Source: the human T2T-CHM13v2.0 reference genome, Homo sapiens
Reading direction: 5' to 3' (one strand)
Assembly: GCF_009914755.1 (NCBI RefSeq)
Contig: NC_060945.1
Length of the DNA: 64,000 nucleotides
Shown here: piece after piece, positions 18,526 to 35,351 of the stretch
How the letters are laid out: each line of letters begins with the position of its first letter
Position numbering within the stretch: the first letter of the stretch is position 1
Translations under genes and position numbers: made by a program
The notes under the pieces: generated by a model
The model's input: the letters and a program-made list of their open reading frames with translations, nothing else
Told to the model about the DNA's origin: nothing
The model's database searches: none

Positions 18526-19011
18526 TCAGTAAACCACTTTCAGTAGTAGTGACATGTTAACAACATTAAGTCTATAACCTCTTGAACAAGAGTGTGTTTG
18601 AGAATTTGTTGTTTAATTTTCACTTATTCTTTGACATGCTAGTGTTTTTAACTTCTTGTTTTATTGTATCATAGTTAGCAATAATTTTGTAATTCCATCT
18701 GCTTAAATTTGCTAAGATTCATTTTTTAACTTAACAGGTGGTCTCTCTGGAATATTGTGGCATGTGTGATTAAAAGTATTGCAGATTCTACTGTTGAGTG
18801 GAGAGATATAAATGTGACTGTTAGGTCTAATTGTTCTATCGTGTTGTTGAAATCCTCTGTTTACTTATCCATCTTATGTTTGTTTTTTAATTTACATTAC
18901 TAAAAGTCAGATATAAAAGTCATTTACTGTTATCAGGTGCTGGCTACTTCATGTTTCAATTCTGTAAAATGTTGCTTCATATGTTTGGGAACTGTGATGT
19001 AAGGCACATAC

Positions 19012-19115
19012 GTTACTGTTGTTGCTTTTATTGTTGTATGTTGTTTTAATGTTGTTGCTTTTATTGTTGTATGTTGCTTTATTGTTGTTGCTTTTATTGT
19101 TGTTGTTTTTATTGT
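19012..19115. repeat. Short minisatellite/low-complexity tract (ttgttgcttttattgttgtatg-like, ~30-33 bp unit)
   Basis: About 3-4 imperfect copies visible; gives the TTIKATT repeats in ORF 18933..19172. Confidence 0.7.
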
Positions 19116-19404
19116 CATTTTCCTCTTGTCTCTTGAGGAAGTTTTTGATATAATATGTATTTTGTCTACCATGACAGTATTTGATTTTGCATTTAATATT
19201 TTTTATTATTCTTTCATGTACAGGTTATATGTGTTCCAGATCATAATTTGGTTATTTGTAGGAAGCCGAGAGTTGAATCTTGTTTCATGAATTTATTTAG
19301 TGAAAGTATGTTTTTGATTGACATAATTGATTTATATAAAAAAGTTACTAAAAGGGAATGATTTCGTATTGCATTTTGTTTCTTTTTTGTTTTAGGTCCT
19401 GCAG

Positions 19405-19713
19405 CTTTTTTTTTTTTTTTTTTTTTTGAGACGGAGTCTCTCTCTGTCGCCCAGGTTGGAGTGCAGTGGTGAGATCTTGGCTCAAAGTAAGCTCTGCCTC
19501 CCGGGTTCATGCCATTCTCCTGTCTCAGATTCCCCAGCAGCTGGGATTGCAGGAGCCTGCCACCACTCCCGGCTATTTTTCTTTTTTTTTTTTTGGTAGA
19601 GACGTGGTTTCACCGTGTTAGCCAGGATGGGCTCGATCTACTGACCTCGTTGATCCACCCACCTCGGCCTCCCAAATTGCTAGGATTACAAGCGTGACCC
19701 ACCGCCCCTGGCC
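19405..19713 (-). mobile_element. AluY
   Basis: ccgggttcatgccattctcc, caccgtgttagccaggatg. Confidence 0.9.
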
Positions 19714-19856
19714 GGTCCTGTAGCTATTTCGTTCTTGTTTTTCTCTCTTGTTCTCTTTCTTAGTGTACTATTGATTTTTGTAGGGACATGTTTTAATTCT
19801 TTTCTCACTACTCTCTGTGTGTGTATGTCTTTGTGTGTGTGTACTATAGGTATTTC

Positions 19857-20090
19857 CTTTTTTTTTTTTTTTTTGACAGGGTCTTGCTCTGTCACCCAGG
19901 CTGGAGTGCAGTGGCACAATCTCTGCTTACTCAAGCTCTGCCTCTCAGGCTCAACTCAAACAATCCTCCCACCACAGCCTTCTGAGTACCTGGGACCACA
20001 GATGTGCACCACTACTCCTGGCTAACAGTTGTTATTTTGCATAGAGACAGGGTTTTGCCATGTTGCCCAGACTAGTCTCAAAATCCTAAG
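19857..20090 (-). mobile_element. AluJ, partial
   Basis: gacagggtcttgctctgtcacccaggctgg. Confidence 0.8.
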
Positions 20091-21222
20091 AACTGTAGGT
20101 ATTTTCTTTGTTGTTACTATAGATATTACCAAGAATAACTACTATTGCATATAAAACCCTGCCTCTTTATGGCTCCCTATGTGTTTTATTGATGTCACAA
20201 ATTATATCATTTTGTGTTGTGAATCTATTGGCACAGATTTATAGTCATTTTTAAGTCTTTGTTATCTCAAATATATAGCAGAATTAAAGTATTCTGTGCA
20301 TCTTCATTATAATTACAAAGAATATTATGATTGTGTACATAATTTTCTCTATTAGAAAAGGTCATATTTTACATAATTTTGTGTTGCTCTCATCATTATT
20401 TCATTTTTTAATATGAATGACTATTTAGCATTTTTTAAGACAGGCCTAGTGGGTATAAATTTATACAGTTTTTGTTGATCTTGAATATTCTTTATTTTTA
20501 TTTTTTAATTCATTTGAAATGATAGTTTTGGCAGACATAGTGTTCTTGGCTGGTACTTGCCATTTTTTCAGCACTTTGAGTATGTCATCCTACAACCTCT
20601 TACCTGTAAGTTTTTTTGCTGAGACATCTGCTGGTCATCCTGCAGGGGTAAACTTGTACATGCTAAGTCACTTTTTTCTTGCTGACTTCAAGATTCTCGG
20701 TGTTTTAACTTTTGAATCTCTGATTATAATGTGTCTTGTCATGGGTCTCCCTGTGTTGTTACTAGTTAGAGTTGGTAAAGTTTCATTAAATTTTAGGTCA
20801 TTTTCTCCCTCAAATTCTGAGTTCTCTGTCACTGTTTGTTTCTTGAAATAACTTTGCTGCTCTCTTTTCTCTTTTTATTTTAGAATTCCCATTATGAGTA
20901 TATTGGCCATCTTAATGGTATCCTATAAGTCCCTTAGGCTCTCTTAATTTTTTAAATTATTTTTAGCCTCCTCACCCTATAATTTCAAATGACTTCTTAT
21001 GAGGCTTGCTGAATTTTTTCCTGCTAGATCAAACCTGTTGTTGGACCTTCTAGTGAATCTCTAAACTCAGGTATTTTACTTTTCAGCTCTACACTTTGTT
21101 TCTATTTTGCACTTTTAATCACTTCTTTGATAATCTCATTATCTTCATGCATTGTTTTCTTTTTCTGTTTAGTTTTCTATATTCTTCTTTAGCTGACTGA
21201 GCATCTTTAAGCTAGGTGTTTT

Positions 21223-21830
21223 AGCCAGGCACAGTGACACTTGCGTGTAACTCCAGCTACTTTGAAAGCTAAGGCAAGAGGGCTACTGTATTAATCCATT
21301 ATCATGCTGATAATAAGGACATAAACAAGACTATGTAATTTATCATGAAAAAAGGTTTAATGGCCTCTCAGTTTCACATGGTTAGGGAGGTCTCACCATT
21401 ATTGGAACAAGCAAGAGACTGTTCAGGGGAACCTCCACTTATAAAACCATCAGATCACATGAGACTTATTTGTTATCATGAGAACAGCACGGGAAAATCC
21501 CACCCCCATGATTCAATTACCTCCCACAGGGTACCTCCCAGGACATATGGGGATTATTACAATTTAAGATGAGATTTGATTGGGGACACAGAGCCAAACC
21601 CTATCAATTACTTAAAGCCAGGAGTTTGAGACTACCCCGGGCAATATTGTGAGAAGCTATTGGTAAAAAATATTTTCACATATTACTCAGGCATTGTGGA
21701 ATGTTCCTGTAGTCTCAGGAAGTTGGAGGCTGAGGTAAGATTATTCCTTGAGTTCCCCAGGAACTTGAGGCTGCATTGAGCTATAATCATGGTATTGTAT
21801 TCCTGTCTGGGTGAGAGAGTAAGACCTCTT
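21223..21830 (+). mobile_element. AluJ-like element split by a THE1 LTR
   Basis: Alu 5' end at 21223-21286; Alu resumes at 21607 (gccaggagtttgagact). Confidence 0.7.
21287..21606 (-). mobile_element. THE1-type MaLR solo LTR
   Basis: tgtattaatccatt...ataaaaccatcagatc...gggacacagagccaaaccctatca. Confidence 0.85.
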
Positions 21831-21834
21831 TTTA

Positions 21835-23720
<1,886 letters not shown>

Positions 23721-24895
23721 TAAAGCTATTTTTTCTTAAAAGAGAAACAATTCCAGGTATGGTAGCTTGTGCCAGCACTTTCAGACTGAAGCAGTCGGAT
23801 TGCCTGAGACCAGGAGTTTGAGACCAGCCGAGGCAACACAGCAACATACTGTTTGTACAAATTTTTTTAAAGAAACTATACAGGAGGGGTAATGTGCACA
23901 ACTGTGGTCATATTTACTCAGGAGACATAGGAGGCATGACTGCTTGACTTCGAAATTTGAGGTTACAGTGAGCTGTGATTCCACCAGTGTACTCTGTCCC
24001 AGGAGATAAAGTAAGATCCTCTGCATAAAATGAAAAAGTAAAGAAAAATAAAAAGATTTTAAGTTAAAAAAATAATTCCTAGATCTCCACTTCTTTAGGT
24101 TCACTTGAATATATATTTTTCTCCTTTGATTAGGTTATATTTCCTGGTTGCTTTTACTTACTGTAGTTTTGTTAAGGTTTTGATCAATTAAGAAACCACT
24201 ACCTATTTTATCCTTTATGAAAGAGCTTTATACATGGGAAAATTGACAACATTCAGCCACAGTAGTCATACTGGGAGCTTCTCCAATCTGTTGTCAAAAT
24301 GTGTCTTCTTTGGACTACTGTATGTATTTTCTTGTTAATAAGGTTTACCTCTGTTTCCTCTTAGGAGCCTTTAGTCTCTTCCCTTCGTCACTGTTGTAGG
24401 CACTACAGTCTCTGTTGTTGTAAGAAGCATTTATCTTTATTCTCAGTTGACCCAAGCTGTCATTTAAACTCAGTCTCTATTCTCATCAACACTAAATGTT
24501 AAAGGAAGCAATTTCCAGTCTTTAGATAACCCCGGTATAACTCAGTAAGTCAGAAGTTTGCATACGCATTTCACTCTTTTTTCTTTCCCAAAGGAGAATC
24601 ATGGAATGGACAGATTTTTATCTAACTGCGCTGTTCTGTAGTGCACAAATGTGACCAAATTTTCTTCTAAATGTGGTTATGGTTGGCTTTTTTCTCATGT
24701 GGGGTGCTACAAACTCAACTGGCTTTGTTCACCCAATTGTAGTTAAGTTCATATGTCAATGGAGAGAAACAGGATCTCAGGTTCTGCTTAAACTGTCATT
24801 GTCTTCTCAGCTGACCTCATTTTGTACATTAGATTTATAAAATATATTTACTTTAATCTCATCACCGAATTTTTAAAAAAATTATTATTTTTCAG

Positions 24896-25272
24896 CTCTT
24901 TTAGCAATATATCCAATCAAGACCCAGAGAAAACAGTACATAGAAGCTTCTTTTCAAAAAGTAATATTGGGAAGATATGGGAGCTCTGGCCTTGAACTTT
25001 TACACTTAGGAGAGTGGGAAATTGAAGGATAAGTGTAAACGGCACAAAGTATGCTATGATGAATATACCAGATATACAGCAATTACCTACAGCAAAAATG
25101 TCACTGCTAGAAGAGCTCAAAACCATAAAGTATTTTGGAAAAAGCATAATTAATGTTGATTCTTTTTTCTGAACTATATATTTATATAATTACATACCAA
25201 TAACAATTTTTGAAACATATCATGTTTTTGAAACAAAATTTAGAAAATCGCAATAGTGGCCTAGGCCAGGAA
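24896..25272 (+). pseudogene. KRAB-ZNF last-exon (linker/spacer) remnant, zinc fingers absent
   Basis: Acceptor ttatttttcag (AG at 24894-24895). From 24931 it translates KQYIEASFQKVILGRYGSSGLELLHLGEWEIEG*, then after a 1-nt shift CKRHKVCYDEYTRYTAITYSKNVTARRAQNH. This matches the KZNF linker pattern I.DSFQKVIL.RY..CG.ENL.L...W....CK..K..Y. Confidence 0.8.
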
Positions 25273-25274
25273 TA

Positions 25275-28200
25275 TTTCTTCTAATGCTATCCCTCCCATA
25301 GTCCCCCACTTCCCGACAGGCTCCAGTGTGTGATGTTCCCCTTCCTGTGTCCGTGTGTTCTCTTTGTTTAACTCCCTATTATGAGTGAGAACATGCGATG
25401 TTAGCTTTTCTACTCTTGTGTTAGTTTGCTAAGAATGGTGGTTTCCAGCTTCATCCATGTCCCTGCAAAGGACATGAACTCATCCTTTTTATGACTGCAT
25501 CGTATTCCATGATGTGGACATGCCAAGTTTTCTTTATTCAGTCTATCATTGATGGTCATTTGGTTTGTTTCAAAGTTTTTGCTCTTGTGAACAGTGCCAT
25601 AATAAACATACGTATGCAGGTATCTTTATAATAGAATAATTTATAATCCTTTGGGTATATACCCAGTAATGTGATTGCTGGGTCAAATGGTATTTCTCAT
25701 TGTGGATCCTTGAGGAATCACCACACAGTCTTCCACACTGGTTGAACTAATTTACACTCTCACCAACAGTGTATAAGTCTTCCTATTTTTCCACATCCTT
25801 TGTTGTTTCCTGATTTTTTTAATGATCACCATTCTAACAGGTGTGGGATGGTTTCTCATTGTGTTTTTGATTTGCATGTGTCTAATAACCAGTGATGATG
25901 TCCTTTTCTTCATTTGTTTATTGGCTGCATAAATGTCTCCTTTTGAGAAGTGTCTGTTCAAATCCTTTGCCCATTTTCGATGTTGTTGTTTCTTTTTTTC
26001 TTGTAAATTTGTTTAAGTTCTTTGTAGATTCTACATATCAGCCCATTGTCAGATGGATAGATTGCAGAAATTTTCTCCCATTCTTTAGGTTGCCTGTTCA
26101 CTCTGATATAGTTTTTTTTGTTGTGCAGAAGCTCTTTAGTTTAATTATATCTCGTTTGTCAATTTTGGCTTTTGTTGCCATTGTTTTTGGTGTTGTAGTC
26201 ATGAAGTCTTTGCCCATGCCTATGACCTGAATGGTACTGCCTTGGTTTTCTTCTGGGGTTTTTATGGTTTTAAGTCTTATGTTTAAGTCTTTAATCCATC
26301 TTCAGTTATGTTTTGTATAACGAGTAAGGAAGAAGTCCAGTTTCAGTTTTTTGCATATGGCTAGCTAGTTTTCCAACACCATTTATTAAATAGGGAATCC
26401 TTTCCCCATTACTTGTTTTTGTCAGGTTCATCAAAGATCAGATGATTCTAGATGTTGAGTGTTATTTCTGAGGCCTCTGTTCTGTTCCATTTGTCAATAT
26501 ATCTGTTTTGGTACGAGTACCATCCTGTCTTGGTTACTGTGGCCTTTTAGTATAGTTTGAAGACAGCTAGCATGATGCCTCCACCTTTGTTCTTTTTGCT
26601 TAGTATTGTCTTGTCTATGCAAGACCTTTTTTGATTCCATATGAAATTTGAAGTAGTTTTTTTTCTAATTCTGTGAAGAAAGTCAACGGGAGCTTGATGG
26701 GGATAGCAATGAATTTTTAAATTACTTTGGGCAATATGGCCATTTTCATAATATTGATTCTTTCTATCCATGAGCATGGATTGTTTTCATTTGTTTGTGT
26801 CCTCTTTCATTTCCTTGAGCAGTGGTTTGTAGTTCTCCTTGAAGTGGTCCTTTACATCATTTTTAAGTTGGATTCCTAGGTATTTTATTCCCTTTGTAGC
26901 AATTGTGAATGAGAGTTAACACATGATTTGGCTCTCTGTTTGCCTATTATTGCGTATAGGAATGCTTGTGATTTTTGAACATTGATTTTGTATCCTGAGA
27001 CTTTGCTGAAGTTGCTTATCAGTTTAAGGAAATTTTGGGCTAAGATGGTAGGGTTTTCTAGATATACAATCATGTCATCTGCAAACAAAGACAATTTGAC
27101 TTCTCTTCCTATCTGAATACGCTTTATTTCTTTCTTTCTTTGGCTGATTGCCAGAACTTCCAATACTATAATGAATAGGAGTGGGGAGAAAGGGTGTTCT
27201 TGTCTTGTGCAGGTTTTCAAAGGGAATGCTTCCAGTTTTTGCCCATTCAGTATGATATTAGCTGTGCATTTGTCATAAATAACTCTTATTATGTTGAGAT
27301 AGGTTCCATCAATACATAATTCATTGAGAGTTTTTACCATGAAGAGGTGTGGAATTTTATTGAAGGCCTTTTTTGCATCTATTGAGATAATCATGTGGTT
27401 TTTGTCATTAGTTCTGTTTATGTGATGGATTTTATTTATTGATTTGCATATGTTGAACCAGCTTTGTATCCCAGGGATTAAGCTGACTAGATCGTGGTGG
27501 ATAAGCTTTTTGATGTGCTGCTGGATTCGGTTTGCCAGTATTTTATTGAGGATTTTCGCATCGATATTCATCAGGGATATGGGCCTGAAATTTTCTTTTT
27601 CTGGTGTGTCTTTGCCAGGTTTTGGTTTCAGGATGATGCTGGCCACATAAAATGAATTAGGGAGGAGTACCTCTTTTTCTATTGTTTGAAATAATTTCAG
27701 AAGGAATGGTACCAGCTCCTCTTTGTACCTTTGGTAGAATTCGGCTGTGAATCCGTCTGGTCCTGGACTTCTTTTTGTTGGTAGGCTACTAATTACTGCC
27801 TCAATTTTAGAACTTGTTATTGGCCTATTCAAGGATTCGACTTCCTACTGGTTTGCACTTGGGAGGGTATATGTGTCCAGGAATTTATCCATTTCATCTA
27901 GATTTTCTAGTTAATTTGTAAAGAGGTATTTATAATATTCTCTAATGATACTTTTTATTTCTGTGGGATCAATGGTTATATCCCCTTTATCATTTCCTAT
28001 TGCATGTATTTGATTCTTCTCTTCTTCCTTATTAGTCTGGCTAGAAGTTTATTTATTTTCTTGATCTTTTCAAAAAACCAGCTCCTGGATTCATTGATTT
28101 TTTTGGACGGGCTTTTTGTGTCTCTATCTCCTTCAGTTCTGCTCTGATCTTAAATCTTGTCTTCTGCTAGTTTTTGAATTTGTTTGCTCTTGCTTCCCTA

Positions 28201-28306
28201 GTTTTTTTAATTGTGATGTTACGGTGTCGATTTTAGACATTTTTCTGCTTTCTCTTGTGGGGATTTAGTGCTGTAAATTTCCCTTTCAGACTACTTTAGC
28301 TGTGTC
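25275..28306 (-). mobile_element. L1PA-type LINE-1 ORF2/3'UTR fragment, both ends truncated
   Basis: ORF 26885..27832 is the L1 RT domain ([36 protein letters not shown]). No poly-A or extreme 3' end at 25275. Confidence 0.95.
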
Positions 28307-31047
28307 GTATTTTACTTTTTAAGCCCTCAATCTTTCTTTTTCATCATGATAGTCTTTACTGTTTTATGTTTATGTAATGTAAAATTGACTACACAATTTT
28401 TACAAAGATTTTATGAAAATATTTTATTGAGAATGTACAAACCTGTCAGTCAATTAGAGGAGAAGTTACACTGTCGTAATAAATAGCCACAAAGCAAAAC
28501 CCCAAAAGACATCCAAATCAGAATAAAACAAAACATTTTAACAAAAACAAAAAGAACAAACTGGCAACAAATATGTGAAGTTTATATTACAAAGATGCTC
28601 ACTTATCCACTCTAAAGAGAGCTTTTAGAATTTGATTTAAAATATGGCAAAGACATTATCCCACACTTCACAGAAAAAATAAATTTAAGCAGCTGTTAAC
28701 ACATGAATGTATTATCAAGCTCAGATATAATCAAAATTAAATATTTGACAAGAGATTCTACAGTTTGGGAGAAATAGAAGTGTTTTTTTCTTTTCCCCAG
28801 GCCCACAAGTCTAGTTTCTTGCTCTTCTTCACTATAATGGGGTTTGTCATCAGCTCCCCAAAATATGGGAAGCACAGAGCAGGTGGTGGCTGAAGGTGGG
28901 GTATCCTGTGAAACCATATTTAAGATCAGAGCCCTTGGTCCATTGTGTTGTAATCAGCTGGCTCAGGAAAGAACACCTGGCTGTCCAGAGCTCTACACCT
29001 ACTGCACTGGGTGTGAAAGGAGGCCTGAGAACCCATGGGTCCCAAACCCACCCCACTCCAAATTATCATCCAGTATTGAGAACTCTGACACCAAATTCTC
29101 ACAGAGCATATGTTTATGCAGTTTTACATTTAATTTCTCATTACATTACAATTGGGAAACTGAGGCCCCAGAAGAGGCAGAGACTGGTCCAGATCTCAGG
29201 AGGTGGGCAGGCTCCAGAGCATTAGAGAGGGCTCCAGCTTCCTAGGCCTTGGCTCCGTCCCACTTATCAGGTTTGTTTTCGAAATTAGAGTCTGTAGCTA
29301 CACATTCAGGAGCACAGAAAATGAGCAGATTCAGGGTTCTGTTCACATGGGACCTCTCCATGTCATTTTCAAGATAACAGGACTGGGGTTCTGCATCCAG
29401 CTCTGAGGGCAACTGGAAGTAAAATGAGCTATGCTCCACCTCAGCCTAATGTAGACAGTGCCTACAGGAAAGCCTGTTTTCTTCCTCATAAATAGGGGTG
29501 CCTGAAGTGGGTGACCTTGATGATTTCACATACTCATAAGTGTCTGCCAGCCTGGATTCTTGCTCTGAGACTGCAAAAATGCACCCACTCTGCAGATCCT
29601 TCAAATCAGAGGGAGGCATGGCCACTTGAGAGGCATCTTGGGTAGATGAAGATGAGACAGAGTTAAATGTGCCAGAGCACTGGACTCTGAGGCTGAGGTC
29701 CACGGAAAATCCCAGCTACTGTTGCGTTCTTAAGGTCCTCATTTGAAAGTGGTAGAAAATAATTTCACTGGATAAGGGGAGGATACCTCATGAGTAAATA
29801 GCACAACCAAAAAGGTGGAGGCAAAGAGAGGGCAAAACGGGATTCCTAGGTCACTCATTATACTTGGGGCCTTCAGATCCTGCTACTTTATCCCCTAGGA
29901 CCTTGAAGAACCAGTGTCTTGAGGACAGAAAAATCAAGGTATCAGATTTGTTCAGTAGTGCTCCTGCTTGGGGCTGTAGGGTTAGTGATGGCCAGGAGGT
30001 GGTTACAGCCTACTGTGTTTCTGATGCCCACTGAGCTTTGCTGGAGCAGCTGGAACAAGTAACAGTCACACACCTCATGTTGTTATCAGTGATGTCCACA
30101 TTATCATGTGGTCAAAAGGGGAAGGGATATTAGAGATCCCCCATATAATCACTTAGCCAGTCTTTTTTCCCTTGCGCTCACCATTTGCCAGCGACCCTGG
30201 TGGGTCCAACATGTGGTACAGAAAACTATTACATCATGTCTGCACCCCCCAACCCAGGACCAAACAGTCTGAGGACCGCTGGACAAAAGCACTAAAGCAA
30301 GTATATGTGAAAGAAAAAAGCAAGGACTATAATATAAAGTAGATTATTGAGAAGAAAACCTGGAAAATTATTGCATGGGAGGACCTCAGGCCTCACTGAG
30401 GTGACTTTTAATCCATGATGAGGATGACAGCAGGGAGGCATCTGCACAAGCATGTGTCAGGGAGAAGCCACCCTTAGTGAAAAGACTCATAGGTGTGAGT
30501 TTGGCAGAGGTAAAAAGGGACTAGTTTGGCTGCAGACAGCCTGAGAAAGAGATAAGCAGAGGGATGGAGAATCCTAGGGCCTGGGAGATGAGGTTAGATA
30601 TCTGCTCCTTTCTGACAACATTGCCCTAAAAGTCAGCACTTTTCAACAACATATAATATCTCATAATGTGTGTGGACCAGAATCTGGACACAGTTCAGCT
30701 GGCTACCTCTGCCTTCAGGTCTTTTATGAGACTGGGGGCTGTGGTCTTAACTGAAGCTGGACTGGGAAAGCATGAGCCTTTAAGCTGACTCATGTGAAAA
30801 TTGACAGGGTTTAGTGTGGCTGGAGAGCCTGACTTTCCTTCTCTCTACTCATCTGAGCACCCCCTCACCCTTTGTTATGTGGGTCTCTACATGGAGCATC
30901 TCATAGCATTGGAGCTTGCTTCCTGTGTTTGAGGAATACAATAGACAGAATTAGACAAAAAGGTTTACACAAAAAGAGACAGAAAGATCGAGGGCGCAAA
31001 CGAGAAAAACCCAGTAGGAGAAAAATTAGAGCTTTAAAAACATCTTG

Positions 31048-31382
<335 letters not shown>

Positions 31383-31404
31383 CTTGAGAGTTACTATAAT
31401 TTTT

Positions 31405-31725
31405 CTTCTATATTTGTGTTAAAATTGTAACCCCGGGCGTAATGCTATAAGGAGGTAGAAAGTAATTAACCCCTTAGGGTGGGACCCTCATAATACAGAT
31501 TACTGGCTTTATACAAGAAACCGCAGAGGGCTCTCATCCTCCTGCAAAATGAGGGTAAAACCTGAAGTGTGCAGGCTGAAATTCAGAAGCCAGTCATCAC
31601 CAGATCTCAACCATGCTGACACCCTGATCTCAAATTTGAACCTCTGGAGGTATGAGAAATTAAGTCCTGTTGTCTATATGCTGCCTATCTATGGTTCTTT
31701 GGCATAGCAGCCTGAACTAATACAA
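31405..31725 (+). mobile_element. MaLR LTR (MLT1/MST-like)
   Basis: catgctgacaccctgatctca...tatggttctttggcatagcagcctgaactaataca. Confidence 0.65.
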
Positions 31726-32372
31726 AAGGGATATCCTTTTCTGTGTTTCATTGTAGAGAAGCTGAATTTGTACCCCCTATACTGTTAAAAAAAAGACTTA
31801 AAAAATGGATCTTCAGAATGAAAGATAGGAAACGGCTTGTTGAAACACTAAAATTTTAACTGCTATAAGTTTTTTAAACATTGGCTGAAATTGTTGGAAC
31901 CAATATGGCCAACTGAAGTCCATGAAGCATCAGTTTGCAGACTTTGGAGCCCAAATTTCCATTGTGTGCTTCATACTAACTCTCCCTGAATTTGTATGTG
32001 ACCTGTGAGGAAACAAGAAGAGATGACTGTATATGTCTCATGACTTTCCATATTCCTACTTTCCTTCCAGCAATCCCCTACAGAACCCACCTATTAGGCC
32101 TTTTCTAATCACTGCCTTAAAGCCAGTATGACAAAACAAATTTGATTTGAACTCCTATCTCCTTGTTAGCCAACATACAAGATGATATTTTCCTCAAAAC
32201 CGAAGGGCCATAGTACTGGCATCAGGAAGTATTCCATTTTATTCAATAAAAAACTGAGTCACTCAATACCTAGTACTGGGAGACTTTGTGAAGACTTCCT
32301 CTGTCATAGATGTGATAAGGCACATGGATATGATTCTAAATATAAAGAGAAAGCACTAGAAAGTTGAATTCC

Positions 32373-32706
32373 TGTATTAGATCATTCTCATACTGCAATG
32401 ATGGAGTACCTGAGACTGGGTAACTTATAAAGTAAAGAAGTTTAATTGACTCACATTTCCACATAATTGTGGGGGCACCTCAGAAACCTTCCAATTACAG
32501 TGGCTGACAAGTGAAGTGAGTGAGAGCATGGGATGTACCAGATGCTTATGAAACTATCAGATCTCGTGAGAACTCACTATCACAAGAACAGCATGAGGAG
32601 AACCCGTCCCCATAATCCAATCATCTCCCCTCAGGTTTTCCCTTAACACCTAGGGGTTATAATACACAATGAGTTTTGGGTGGGGACGCACAGCTAAACT
32701 ATATGA
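32373..32706 (-). mobile_element. MSTA/THE1-type MaLR LTR
   Basis: tgtattag...cctgagactgggtaac...cagatctcgtgagaactcactatcacaagaacagc. Confidence 0.8.
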
Positions 32707-32926
32707 ATGCCAGAGGACAGTATCTACATTTAATTTCAACTTCATACTGGAGCAGAATGAAAATGAGGCCCAGTGGAGAAGTGATATTTCCAAGATCACC
32801 CTGGCAGACACCAGGCCTGTTTGAGTTGTGGCCCATGCTACCTCCCACCTATTCTCCTAATGCTTCCATCTCTAAGTGTGTGCATTATCTACAGGTGACA
32901 CTACATCATTATTTTTATGTCTTATC

Positions 32927-33237
<311 letters not shown>

Positions 33238-34164
33238 ACTGTCTTATCTTATATACACCTAATACATTCCCTAGGAAGTAGATGTTAGCATCATCACCAC
33301 TGTGCATGTTAGGAGGCTGGGGAAGCCTTGAATACAGTGACTTTTACTGGGTCCCAGAGATGGTAAGAAAAACAAAGTTATGTTCCAGCTGTCTCTTCTC
33401 TCCTGGAACCCAGGTTGCATTTAGGTCTTTCCAGGGAATTAAGGGGAAGTTGTGTTTGCATAATTGTGTACAAATAAAGAGTTGACATGGAAGAGGAGAC
33501 TGAGCAATCAGTAGCATAGTGGGGCCTTTCGGTATGTCTTACAGAAACATAGGGCCCAGTAGATGGAACCTTGAAGAGTTTAACACACTTTCTTGGTGTC
33601 AGAACCCAACAGCAGTTAAGAAACCAGGAATCCACATTCTTGAGACAGCTCTGTATCCACCTCTGTTTGTGAGAGTTGCTCAAGAGAGTGAGATGCTCTT
33701 TCATTGTGCCCTGAAATTTCTGAGTTTCAGCCTTACAAAGGCTCAATGTAAAAGTCTTATCTGATAACACAGATGTCAACTGAGCCCTCATCACTGATGT
33801 CCCTGGCTATTGGCCGGGTGCACCTACAAATAACACAGGGCAGCCCAGGACAGGCCCCTCCAAGCCATCCTCTCTTGTCAACTCATCTGGGCAGTTCCAC
33901 ACCACTTCTTAGTACCATGAGTTGGATGGGGAGCAAGAGGGAGGGCACTCTTCTTGGACTGAAGTAGATTGTCGGGTGTTGGAACTCTTGTGTACCTGTC
34001 ATGTTCATACCTAGGCCATAGCTGGCAGAATAAAAAGAAGAGGGTTGGAGAATGAGTCTGTGTACTCAGATGTGAATTCCAAGACTTTAACTTGTCCTCT
34101 GGTTTCCTTCCTTCATGGAGATTTATACAGATTCTCCTTATGTGCCTAATCTGAAGAGCAGAAT

Positions 34165-34366
34165 TTCTTTTATTTTCTTTTTTCTTTTTTCCTTTCTTCT
34201 TTTCTCTTTTCTTTTCTTTCTTTCTCTTTCTTTCTTTCTTCTTTCTTTCTTTTTTTTCTTTCTCTTTCTTTCTTTCCATCTCTCTCTTTCTTTCTTTCTT
34301 TCCTTCTCTCTCTCTTTCTTTTTTATTTATCATGAAGTCTCACTCTGTTACCCAGGCTGGAGTGCA
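34165..34366 (-). repeat. (CTTT)n-type pyrimidine tract attached to a short Alu 3' fragment
   Basis: Direct reading; Alu remnant gtctcactctgttacccaggctggagtgcag. Confidence 0.85.
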
Positions 34367-35351
34367 GAGAAAAGCAGAATTTCTAATGGAGGTGTCACAT
34401 ACGGTCAAAGCAAGGCAGAACACAGACTTTTCTTTGCGTGGTTTCTAGGCACATTTACAAAGCTGCATTCAGATTGATGAGGAGCTTCATCATTCAGTTT
34501 AATGTGGCCAACTCCTCCCTCTTTTTGGAAAAGAGCAGGTGCACTAAACCAGCAAACACAGCCAGCACTGGGCTGTGCTGAGAGCAGCCACATAGGGGTC
34601 TCTACAGACAGAAACCCGAGAAGACCGGGAAAGAACCAGGACCCAGACTCAAATATGAAAAATCTCTGGGCTTTGTCCTACGGCCTTCCCATGAGTAACT
34701 CATAGCCTTGTTCCAGTGGAATCTGGCCTTCACTAGTCTCAGTGGCAAGTTGGTTATGTGGAAAGTCTCTCTTCACACACTTGTGCGAATAACGATAAAG
34801 AATTTTGTATTGTTTTCACTCTACATTAGACCATGAGTATTTATGCCTGTGGCTGCAGTTTGTATTAGTTTCCGGCCCCAGGTATCTCCTGCAGCATGCA
34901 GCTTCAGTCCTATCGGACCCTCAAAACTTAAAAGCTAACACTATTACTAGGGAGGATTTCGCAGGAAAATGGTGAGAGGGTTACACACAAAAAAGGTTAA
35001 ACTACTCTATGCATGTTTCTGCAATGTGTTATCTCAGGAACTCATTTCTGTAGCCCATCAGGGCAGGAGCTGGGCTCTCACCTGTTGATAATATTCCATA
35101 AGGGAGGTTCTTCCCCACAGTGTTTAGTCTTCCAACGCTGGTACAGCCTGACATGATGACATTCTACTTTCATGTCGGTCATGCTGCAGGGAAAATTCTG
35201 TGAGTGTCCTAATAGGCTGGAATAATTTGCTAGGGTGAACCCCATCTTTGGTGCTCACTTTTCTGTTATCTTGTAATTAGCTTTATTCTCAGCAAATCCA
35301 TGTCTATTTTATTTATCTGTTTATTTACTTATTTTTATGTATGGAAAAACA

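Noticed and set aside
26885-27832. 315-aa reverse transcriptase ORF as an active or novel RT gene
   Set aside because: Ordinary fragment of L1 ORF2 in a doubly truncated, frameshifted element.
33878-34477. K/E/R-rich and F/L/S-rich ORFs
   Set aside because: Derived from the (CTTT)n tract.
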